Assembly (NCBI GenBank): GCA_963737635.1
Contig: CAVTTL010000001.1
Coordinates: 96,001-160,000, forward strand
From: an uncultured Methanoregulaceae archaeon
GTDB lineage: Archaea > Halobacteriota > Methanomicrobia > Methanomicrobiales > Methanospirillaceae
Length of the DNA stretch: 64,000 bases
Direction: 5' to 3'
Part shown: positions 54,854-64,000 of the stretch, in pieces
Layout of the letters: each line of letters starts with the position of its first letter
Position numbering within the stretch: position 1 is the stretch's first letter
Translations under genes and position numbers: made by a program
Notes under the pieces: model-generated
What the model was told of the DNA's origin: nothing
Database searches by the model: none
What the model saw: the letters and a program-made list of their open reading frames with translations, nothing else

Positions 54854-55657
54854 CTATTTATTACTAACAAAATCCATGATGGTCTTCCCGCCTAACATCT
54901 TTTCTTTCAACCTAGTTAACTTCTGGATATGATAATTCTGAGCGGTCGGGCATTTATGGCAGATGGATTTCGGCTGGGTCTGCAGTTCCAATGAAATACC
55001 GCGATGTTTTTCCACGAGTTCCCGGTACGTGTTTTTATAAAGCGAGCCAATTGGTTCTGTTAATCCTCGCATAGAGCAACAGAAAATAACATCACCATTT
55101 GGCATCATCTGGTAACCCGGCACTTCGAGATGGGAACAAATCACGCGGCCTCGTTTGAACGTTTTAATTTTGCCTCGCGCCAAGTCCTCAACATGGCAGG
55201 TCTGAAATAACCCCCCCATATTCATAATCTCCATATTATGTACATGGGTAAGGACGTAGGTTAGAACGTCCTGATAATTCTGGGTAATAGGAATGTGAGC
55301 GTTACCTTCAGCATCGGGAAGATGTAGTATAAACTGCACAAACGGGATCTCGCATAATGTTACCGCATCGGAAATCTGCAATCCGACAAGAGTGGTGGAA
55401 ACCCGGATCTTATGCCCTTTCTCGTACGCATACAGGATCATCGCTGGACACTCCGGGTTCTGGAAGACTTCCGACAACCCGGCAAAATCAACGATTACCT
55501 CTGGCGGAACGGTTTCAATCAGTTCTTTAAATGCAGCAAGAGTTAGTGGTTTCATCCCCCCAAGTTTCTTCACAATTAGTTCCTGCGGACAATACTTTAT
55601 GCAATTAATGGCACACCCAATTTGCGTTGTTATTTCAAGATAGGGTTGATCAGTCAT
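54854..55657 (-). CDS. Radical SAM/SPASM-like protein with atypical CX3CX3C
   Basis: ITTQIGCAINCIKYCPQ, FAGLSE, PNGDVIFCC, C-terminal CHKC. Confidence 0.75.
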   Translation of the reverse strand: MTDQPYLEITTQIGCAINCIKYCPQELIVKKLGGMKPLTLAAFKELIETVPPEVIVDFAGLSEVFQNPECPAMILYAYEKGHKIRVSTTLVGLQISDAVTLCEIPFVQFILHLPDAEGNAHIPITQNYQDVLTYVLTHVHNMEIMNMGGLFQTCHVEDLARGKIKTFKRGRVICSHLEVPGYQMMPNGDVIFCCSMRGLTEPIGSLYKNTYRELVEKHRGISLELQTQPKSICHKCPTAQNYHIQKLTRLKEKMLGGKTIMDFVSNK

Positions 55658-55757
55658 TTAATCACTCCGAATAATACGGACATCTCCGGGTGTTGATGGT
55701 GAGGAGCAAAATTGCCTCCTCAATGAGGTAACAGTCTTATAAATAATGTACTTTCTC

Positions 55758-56050
55758 TTATGGATTAAGTTCACTCTTCCATTCCATGAGCAGAGTGTTT
55801 ACCTCTTTTTTCAGTCTAGGATGAGCCATTGCTTAAACCCACCTTGAATGAGAAAATTCCAAGGTTTTTTTCCCGGGAAATCAACATTCGATTATGAAAA
55901 GATATTTGCAATTCAATAGTGCAAACGCTGATTTAAGAATCGTTTGGGAATTTTGAGTTTTAGAATAATTTCGCCGGGCGAAAAACAGGCCATCTTGATA
56001 TTTCGTAATCCTTAAAAAATAAGTTGTAAAGAAATATGCCCCCTTCATTG
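55758..56050 (-). pseudogene. Degenerate second copy of the Wzt C-terminal domain
   Basis: Translates to [45 protein letters not shown] versus intact Wzt [46 protein letters not shown]; shares AATCGTTTGGGAATTTT and TTCCATTCCATGAG exactly. Confidence 0.85.
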
Positions 56051-56119
56051 TAATAGAATTGCCATGTCCATTGTGTTGTTACCATTCCGACATTTCAAAC
56101 AACAAAAAGATCGAGAGTT

Positions 56120-56830
56120 CTATTTAAGTTTGTAGAGTTTATCAGAGTACTCATTATTCGAATTCAGAGTCCCTACAAGATTGTACTTAGTTCCAATGAT
56201 TTTCTCAACCATTTCTTGCAATTTTGGATGAACTTCAATAAGAAGATAATCGGGAGCATGTCGATCGAAGTCTATACCCCGAAGAACTTCAACTTCATAA
56301 CCCTCAACATCAAGAGATAAAAAATCGATGTGTTTAATACCATAATAATCCAAAACGGCAGAAAGCGGTTTTGCTGGAACGCGAACAATATATGAAGACT
56401 CATCTTTTTTAAGGCATTTTTTACCATTTGCAATATGATTTGAAGCAACGATCTCATCTTCAAAAGCACCGTGAACACAAGTCGCCAAATTACAATAATT
56501 CACTTCTATCGATTTGTCTGGATAATCAAATGCAACAAGCGCACAGTTCTCAATTATGCATTTTGGGCGATTTTCGCGGCATTTTTTCGCAAGATCCGGA
56601 ACTGCTTCTATCAACAATCCTTTCCATCGTTTATACTTCTCAAAATATAGTGTATTGCTTTGATTGATGCCGTCATTTGCACCTACCTCTATAAAAAACC
56701 CGGAATTGAAATTAAGATAGGGTTTCAACTTTAAATCAAGTTGGTTTAACGAAAACGATTTTTCCCATCTTAAATTTCGCAAATCACGGTTTTTGAAGAT
56801 GTGGTTATTAAAGAAATCCCAAATTGTCAT
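56120..56830 (-). CDS. FkbM-family methyltransferase
   Basis: [28 protein letters not shown]. Confidence 0.9.
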   Translation of the reverse strand: MTIWDFFNNHIFKNRDLRNLRWEKSFSLNQLDLKLKPYLNFNSGFFIEVGANDGINQSNTLYFEKYKRWKGLLIEAVPDLAKKCRENRPKCIIENCALVAFDYPDKSIEVNYCNLATCVHGAFEDEIVASNHIANGKKCLKKDESSYIVRVPAKPLSAVLDYYGIKHIDFLSLDVEGYEVEVLRGIDFDRHAPDYLLIEVHPKLQEMVEKIIGTKYNLVGTLNSNNEYSDKLYKLK

Positions 56831-58104
56831 TTGAGTTCACCATTCCATTCCATGAGAGGAGCGATAACGCCGGGTCTTCTTTCCGTCCAATAGGGGCTGT
56901 CGCTTAGACCGCCAACAATATTTATATTTACAAAGGGTGCTTTTTTCCTAGAATCTATAATTAAATGTCTGCACCGGAGAGAGGCAGTTAATTCGATGGT
57001 GTAAATCCCCTCGTTTAAAAATCGTTTGGGAATTTTTGTCTTTAACAGAAAATTCCCCAATGAAAATTTCGGCCAGTCCGTCTCTTTTTGATCGGTACAA
57101 AGAGATGTATATATTACAATTCCATTTTCATTCGAAATGAAATAACCAAGTGCTAATCCAGGATCTAATTGTTTAATTTCACCTTCGATTTCAATCCAGA
57201 TATCCTTGTTATTACTTGTTGGATTATTTATAAAATTTCCCAAAGAATCACAAATGATCATTTTTAGAGGTTTAAACCATGGATTCTCAAATTCTTTACC
57301 AGAATTATTCCACTGAGATGAAAATGTCCCACTAGTTTCCACTGATATGTAGGAGTCTATAATTTGCCTTACATGTGGCCCTTTTTGTTTAATGTGGCCA
57401 TTTTCTATGAGAATGCCATACGAGCACAACTGTTCAATCGCATTCATATTATGGCTCACAAAAATGACCGTTCGCCCCTCTTTAGCCACCTCGCCCATTT
57501 TTCCCAGGCATTTTTTCTGGAATGCTGCATCACCGACAGCAAGCACCTCGTCCACCAGTAGAATCTCCGGTTCAAGGTGAGCTGCCACTGCAAACGCGAG
57601 CCGGATATACATCCCGCTTGAATATCGTTTCACCGGTGTATCAAGAAATTTTTCAATCTCAGAAAATTTTACAATATCATCCAGTTTGGCATCGATCTCT
57701 TTCCGTTTCATTCCGAGGATCGAACCAGATAAATAGATATTCTCCCGACCAGTTAATTCCTGATGAAACCCGGTCCCGACTTCCAGCAGTGAACCGACCC
57801 GGCCATGCAACTCCACGGTTCCTTCCGTAGGAGAAGTAATCCGGGAAAGGATCTTTAAGAGCGTACTCTTCCCGGCTCCGTTTCTCCCGATAATCCCGAC
57901 AATCTCACCCTGCTCAACGTCAAACGATACATCCTTTAAAGCCCAGAACCCTTCCACCGGTGGGGCCTTGTGGAACACTTTCAATGGCGCCTTAAGAGAA
58001 TTGACAATTGCATCCCGAAAGGTATGATACGGTTCCTGCGGTCCACCGATACGGTATTGTTTGCTCAGGTGATTTACACGGATGGCGATTTTGTCAGACG
58101 TCAT
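56827..58104 (-). CDS. wzt: Polysaccharide ABC exporter ATPase with C-terminal carbohydrate-binding domain
   Basis: [36 protein letters not shown]. Confidence 0.93.
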   Translation of the reverse strand: MTSDKIAIRVNHLSKQYRIGGPQEPYHTFRDAIVNSLKAPLKVFHKAPPVEGFWALKDVSFDVEQGEIVGIIGRNGAGKSTLLKILSRITSPTEGTVELHGRVGSLLEVGTGFHQELTGRENIYLSGSILGMKRKEIDAKLDDIVKFSEIEKFLDTPVKRYSSGMYIRLAFAVAAHLEPEILLVDEVLAVGDAAFQKKCLGKMGEVAKEGRTVIFVSHNMNAIEQLCSYGILIENGHIKQKGPHVRQIIDSYISVETSGTFSSQWNNSGKEFENPWFKPLKMIICDSLGNFINNPTSNNKDIWIEIEGEIKQLDPGLALGYFISNENGIVIYTSLCTDQKETDWPKFSLGNFLLKTKIPKRFLNEGIYTIELTASLRCRHLIIDSRKKAPFVNINIVGGLSDSPYWTERRPGVIAPLMEWNGELK

Positions 58105-58259
58105 AATTGATGAACATTCCCGTAAGAATGAGGTATCTTTAGAATGTTTGTATCCGGAATAATTGAATCAAACGGTAGTGAATAGACTACCAGAAAACTC
58201 TTTGTGATATCGTTTCGGTCTCATTTCCATTGACAGAATTAAGTCAAATCTATTCTGCA

Positions 58260-59111
58260 TCACACAATGTCCGCATAATACTGCTCCATTCTCCGGAAGT
58301 AAAACATGCCTGAAATAAGGATGATAAGCACCATGACCACCGAGACGAGCACCATTGCACTGGGCGTACCGTTACCCAGAAGTGCCCAGCGGAATCCTTC
58401 AATCACTCCGGTCATTGGGTTGAGTCCATACCATACCCTCAACGACTCCGGGACAATGCTTGAGGCATAAACAACAGGTGATGCAAACATCCAGATCTGG
58501 ATGAGGAAGGGAACCGTATACTGAAAGTCACGGTACTTTACGTTGAGAGCCGAGAGCCAGAGGCCGACCCCGAGTGATGTCGCAAGAGCCAGCAGGAGGA
58601 AGAGCGGCAGAAAAACAATGTTAACTGTCGGTGCATATCCGTAATAGACCATCATCGCAAGCAGGACAATAAAAGAAACCGCAAAATCGACAAGTGGCGA
58701 GATGACGCTCGAGAGTGGCATGATCAGGCGTGGGAAGTACACCTTGGTCATGATAGTAGAATTTGTCACCATGGTGTTCGTCGACCGCGTCAGCCCTTCG
58801 GCAAAGAGTGTCCACGGAAGCAGGGCAGCAAGTACAAAGAGCGGGTACGGCACCCCGTTGGAAGGTATCTTTGCAAGACCCCCGAAAAAGATCGTGAATA
58901 TGACCATCGTCAGGAGTGGCTGGAGGAGCGCCCATGCAATCCCAAGCCCGGTCTGTTTGTACCGGAGCTTCACGTCCCGCATAGTGAACGCCGCAATCAG
59001 TTCGCGGTACGACCAGAGCTCATGCAGGTTCACCGGCACCCATTTTCGGGGCGGCCGGATGACAAGCGTTGGTACGGTATGTTCCGGAGCTGGCGAGGTA
59101 GTCCCATTCAT
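58260..59111 (-). CDS. wzm: Polysaccharide ABC exporter permease
   Basis: RDVKLRYKQT.LG.AW, KVYFPR, YRDF, SPVVY, LNP. Confidence 0.93.
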   Translation of the reverse strand: MNGTTSPAPEHTVPTLVIRPPRKWVPVNLHELWSYRELIAAFTMRDVKLRYKQTGLGIAWALLQPLLTMVIFTIFFGGLAKIPSNGVPYPLFVLAALLPWTLFAEGLTRSTNTMVTNSTIMTKVYFPRLIMPLSSVISPLVDFAVSFIVLLAMMVYYGYAPTVNIVFLPLFLLLALATSLGVGLWLSALNVKYRDFQYTVPFLIQIWMFASPVVYASSIVPESLRVWYGLNPMTGVIEGFRWALLGNGTPSAMVLVSVVMVLIILISGMFYFRRMEQYYADIV

Positions 59112-59176
59112 GGATGTGATCAGGAATTTTGTTGTCACATTACTTATAGTCTGGTGACTGGGACTGCAGAATCCTT

Positions 59177-60170
<994 letters not shown>

Positions 60171-60249
60171 TTATTTCCTGGAATATTTCGTTTGTTTAAA
60201 CGAAGGGATGCCTGTTACCGCGAGTACTTCAGTCAGCATATCTCTGACA

Positions 60250-61296
60250 TCAGTCGCACTTCCACCACCGGTGAGGGAACGTTCTTTTCACGATCGCGTC
60301 GCCTTTACCTATCGGTTCCAGTCCAGCGGCCTTCAAATCTGCATCCACCATAATCGTCACCAGATCAGCAAATTTTATCACGGGTTTCCAGCCAAGGACG
60401 TTTTCGGACTTCCTTGCATCTGCGATGAGTACTTCTACTTCTGTCGGCCGGAAATATTTTGGATCGATCCGGACGTGTTCCTCGACATCGAGGCCTGCAT
60501 AGGCAAACGATTCATGCAGGAATTCATGGACAGAATGCGTCTCCCCGGTACCGATCACGAAGTCCCCGGGCTCTTCCTGCTGGAGAATCCGCCACATACA
60601 CTCGACGTACTCCGGGGCATATCCCCAGTCCCTTCGGGCATCGAGGTTGCCGAGATAGAGATATTTTTCCTTCCCGGCACGGATGCGGGCGATCGCACGG
60701 GTGATTTTGCGGGTAACAAAGGTTTCGCCCCGGCGCGGTGACTCGTGGTTGAAGAGGATTCCGTTGGACGCAAAGAGATTGTACCCTTCCCGGTAGTTCC
60801 GGGTCATCCAGTACGAGTATACCTTCGCGCAGGCATAGGGGCTCCGGGGGTGGAAGAGTGTATCTTCACCCTGAGGGGGATGCGCAGCGCCGAACATCTC
60901 GCTGGAGGAGGCCTGGTAAAACTTCACGTTATTGTTGCTCCGGCGGATTGCCTCAAGGAGCCGTGTTGTACCCAGGGCCGTGACATTGCCGGTGTACTCA
61001 GGGGTGTCGAAGCTGACCCGGACATGGCTCTGGGCCCCGAGGTGGTAGACCTCGTCCGGCCGGATATTGTACATCACGTTTGCGATCTGCTCGGAGTCGG
61101 AGAGGTCGCCGTAGTGCAGGAAGAGCCGGGCACCGGATTCATGGGGGTCAACATAGATGGAATCGATCCGGCTCGTGTTGAAGGTGGACGACCGGCGCAC
61201 CAGTCCGTGGACTTCGTACCCTTTACTCAACAGGAGTTCGGCGAGGTACGACCCATCCTGGCCGGTGATGCCGGTGATGAAGGCTTTCTTTGTCAT
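60250..61296 (-). CDS. gmd: GDP-mannose 4,6-dehydratase
   Basis: [48 protein letters not shown]. Confidence 0.97.
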   Translation of the reverse strand: MTKKAFITGITGQDGSYLAELLLSKGYEVHGLVRRSSTFNTSRIDSIYVDPHESGARLFLHYGDLSDSEQIANVMYNIRPDEVYHLGAQSHVRVSFDTPEYTGNVTALGTTRLLEAIRRSNNNVKFYQASSSEMFGAAHPPQGEDTLFHPRSPYACAKVYSYWMTRNYREGYNLFASNGILFNHESPRRGETFVTRKITRAIARIRAGKEKYLYLGNLDARRDWGYAPEYVECMWRILQQEEPGDFVIGTGETHSVHEFLHESFAYAGLDVEEHVRIDPKYFRPTEVEVLIADARKSENVLGWKPVIKFADLVTIMVDADLKAAGLEPIGKGDAIVKRTFPHRWWKCD

Positions 61297-61385
61297 GGTG
61301 AATCGTTTCGTACCTACTATAAAATCCGGGATAATTTCAAGGTATTGGAGCACGGGGGGTCGGGAACCCGGATTAACGCCGCTCC
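61190..61385. repeat. Direct repeat copy 1 (gmd 5' end plus upstream region)
   Basis: 196 bp; about 7 mismatches counted by eye versus 62406-62601. Confidence 0.93.
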
Positions 61386-61536
61386 TGGTTATACCTCATC
61401 GCGGCGTGATAGCACTATGTGATCCACGCTGGATCGATCCTGAAGAAAAAATAAAAAATGCCGCCATTCTCCTGGCAAGGAACCCATGGCAACACCTGCC
61501 AGAATTATCCGGCGTAGTGTTCAAACTGCATTTTTT

Positions 61537-61641
61537 GTGGAGTACTATCTCATCGATACTAATATTCTTATTGTCTTTTTCACCGTTGCTCCCCGGACTT
61601 ATGAGAGCATGGTGAACTACCCGAACACTACGGATTATTAA
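61537..61641 (+). pseudogene. Truncated PIN/VapC toxin fragment
   Basis: GTG-EYYLIDTNILIVFF matches the PIN N-terminal DTN motif; stop after 34 codons. Confidence 0.5.
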
Positions 61642-61677
61642 TACGGTCAGGCACTACAACGATTCCGGGTGGAGCAC

Positions 61678-61914
61678 ATGAAATCCTACCAGTTCACCGT
61701 TACCATCTGGGAAGAAGATGGCGTCTATGTGTCAAAGTGCGTTGAACTTGAGATTGCCAGTTGCGGCGATACCCCTAGAGACGCACTTGATAATATTCGG
61801 GAGGCTATCGATATTTACCTGAAAAATGCTCGGGAATACGGCATGTTCGGGGACATTGAACCGTCAATTACTGCCCATGAAAAATTTACCTCGGTCATTG
61901 AGGTCGAAGCGTGA
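61678..61914 (+). CDS. hicB: HicB-family antitoxin
   Basis: EEDGVYVSKCVELEIASCGDTPRDALDNIREAIDIYL. Confidence 0.88.
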   Translation: MKSYQFTVTIWEEDGVYVSKCVELEIASCGDTPRDALDNIREAIDIYLKNAREYGMFGDIEPSITAHEKFTSVIEVEA

Positions 61915-62021
61915 AACTCCCGAGGGTATCCTCATCGTTTGTTATTAAACGACTCAGGAAAACAGGTTTTGAGAAAGGGAAATTTACCCATGAGGAATTT
62001 CTTTGCCTGCTGGAAAAGTAA
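61911..62021 (+). pseudogene. hicA: Internally deleted HicA toxin
   Basis: GTGA overlap with hicB; MKLPRVSSSFVIKRLRKTGF joined to FTHEEFLCLL; central GSH catalytic part missing. Confidence 0.7.
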
Positions 62022-62278
62022 TGCGTGTCTGCCACTATTATGTTTCCCCTTGCTATTCCTGTATTATTTTAAAACGTGTTTTTAAGAAACATCATGGGTG
62101 TCTGAACGCTACGGTACCCCCATTCCCGGGATCCGTTTGGGGAAATTCCGGTAATCTCAGCTGACATTTTTGAAAGGTTTTAACCCCTTGGCAAACTCTT
62201 TTTGAAATCTTCAGCAACCGTATCCAGCTTTTTTGGAAGAGGCCGGCAATACCGATGGACTTTTTTCCAAATGGTTCA

Positions 62279-62601
<323 letters not shown>

Positions 62602-62786
62602 AGAGAGACTTACTGCAATAGTCTTTTTTGATTGGACCGGGTCTGTTTTTGATATGCGTGGAACCAGACGCGCAAACGCCTGTCGGGTTTTGAGCCAAAC
62701 ATCTACCTGTTCAAATACGATCTGGAATCTTCGCAAGGGCGGACTTAGAAAAAGGAAAACGGCAAACCAATTCAGAAAAAAAAAGA

Positions 62787-63197
62787 TTAGATGGTGCTTG
62801 AATAAATCACTTGAGTTGTGCCATCAGTGAAGTATCCAACACCGACGACTTGCGAGTTCGTTGGAGCAGGGTAATTAAGCGTTGTACCCACAGATAAAAT
62901 CGTGGATGAACCCAATGTTCCCATATATCCTCCAGCACTCACGGTTGTATTTACGGCGGTAGTAAAGTTAATTACTTCCAGCGTACCTGCATCCTGACCC
63001 CCTTGGTAGGTAAAGACAACATGTTGAGAATCTATTCTTTGTGCTGTCACCGCAACCACTTTGGTCTTCTGGATATTCCCGGCCATGCCGAACACGAACG
63101 CAGCGATGACTGCTGCGAGAATCACGGTGATCGCGACCATCAGGATAACGCCGATGACCGGTGATACTGCCTCTTCATTTTTTCTGGTGTACATCAT
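62787..63197 (-). CDS. Archaeal type IV pilin (class III signal peptide)
   Basis: RKNEEA/VSPVIGVILMVAITVILAAVIAAFVFG; sequons NFT and NTT. Confidence 0.93.
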   Translation of the reverse strand: MMYTRKNEEAVSPVIGVILMVAITVILAAVIAAFVFGMAGNIQKTKVVAVTAQRIDSQHVVFTYQGGQDAGTLEVINFTTAVNTTVSAGGYMGTLGSSTILSVGTTLNYPAPTNSQVVGVGYFTDGTTQVIYSSTI

Positions 63198-63677
63198 TAA
63201 ACAACTCCATGAAAACATATCCGCTAACCGGATATGACACTGTATGATTTGATTATTTCCTCTTCTTGTATATATATATTGCGATTTAAGGAAAAATACG
63301 GAAAACAGTATTATCAGGAAATCCTGCGGATGGCCACAAAAATTTTTTTTCCTTATAAAAAACTAGCGAATATGCACATCATTAGATATCATTCATGTAT
63401 TGACCCCCCCAAAAAGTGAGCTTCCCCTTCCAGTATAATTCGCCTTTTTATAATTCTAATCAATCACAATATGCCAAAATATACATTCTGATTCGAAGAA
63501 AAAAATTGGATCTGGTGTGTCTTTCATCCTTATTGCTCATGGAAACGGGAGTAAATCTCCGATCTATCGACAAATAGCGTTCGGAGTTATTAGAATTGCT
63601 TTGGATTCATCACTGATGGCTAACGCAAACGGAACAGAAATCGCTCCTCATTCCAGAAAATTCGAACAAAACGTGTA

Positions 63678-63750
63678 AGCCTCAGCCGTGATTTGAACAC
63701 GGGACCTGCTGATTACAAGTCAGCCGCTCTGCCAACTAAGCCACTGAGGC
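63678..63750 (-). tRNA. tRNA-Thr(UGU), intronless, CCA not encoded
   Basis: GCCTCAG acceptor stem pairs with CTGAGGC; anticodon arm GCTGA-CT-TGT-AA-TCAGC; T arm GTTCAAATC. Confidence 0.96.
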
Positions 63751-63873
63751 GCCATATACAATAGACCGTGAGGGGTAAAAAATGTGGTGCTGATGCGAGG
63801 AACCGGGCACGGTGCCAGACGGTTCAATGCCAAATACATTATACACATCAGGATGAGTAATGTACCAGCGAAA

Positions 63874-64000
63874 ATGGCACAGCTGACCGTGGACATCGGG
63901 GGACGGGCGGGCGTAGACTGCCGGGGGTTCTGCGAATACTGCTATTTTAAACGAGTGAAGACCGCCCGGGCGTTCGGCTGCCGGTACTGTCTGCCATTCA
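63874..64000 (+). CDS. mmp10: Methanogenesis marker 10 radical SAM (MCR arginine methyltransferase), partial
   Basis: [26 protein letters not shown]...FGCRYCLPF. Confidence 0.85.
   Translation, partial: MAQLTVDIGGRAGVDCRGFCEYCYFKRVKTARAFGCRYCLPF

Noticed and set aside
63678-63750. tRNA-Thr as integration site of a mobile element
   Set aside because: No integrase and no duplicated tRNA 3' end noticed in the window

Overview
Chromosomal segment of a methanogenic archaeon, most consistent with Methanomicrobiales (Methanoregula-like; inferred from mfnB, Mmp10, topo VI, class I CCA enzyme and gene style). Positions 1-33.8 kb are mostly housekeeping: cca, thpR, nrdH-nrdD, a MoxR/DUF58/VWA operon, a heat-shock regulator, guaB, mfnB, tmk, valS, ychF, nadM-larB, hisS and top6BA. 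Positions 33.8-63.2 kb form a surface-glycan island that looks more AT-rich by eye. It carries glycosyltransferases, methyltransferases, radical SAM enzymes, a Wzm/Wzt exporter, gmd/fcl, toxin-antitoxin remnants and a type IV pilin, followed by tRNA-Thr(UGU) and mmp10. The main finding is a nine-gene operon (45.2-53.0 kb). Eight of its genes match, family for family, the lincomycin GDP-octose pathway (LmbM, L, Z, P, O, N, K, R), with an SDR in place of the aminotransferase, so it may make an eight-carbon sugar for an archaeal glycan. Other findings: an NrdD lacking its glycyl-radical domain, a decayed second copy of the Wzt C-terminal domain suggesting cassette swapping, and single-base indels clustered at GTAC/AGCT motifs (probably methylation-linked sequencing errors). 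All calls come from motif recognition by eye; no searches were run.
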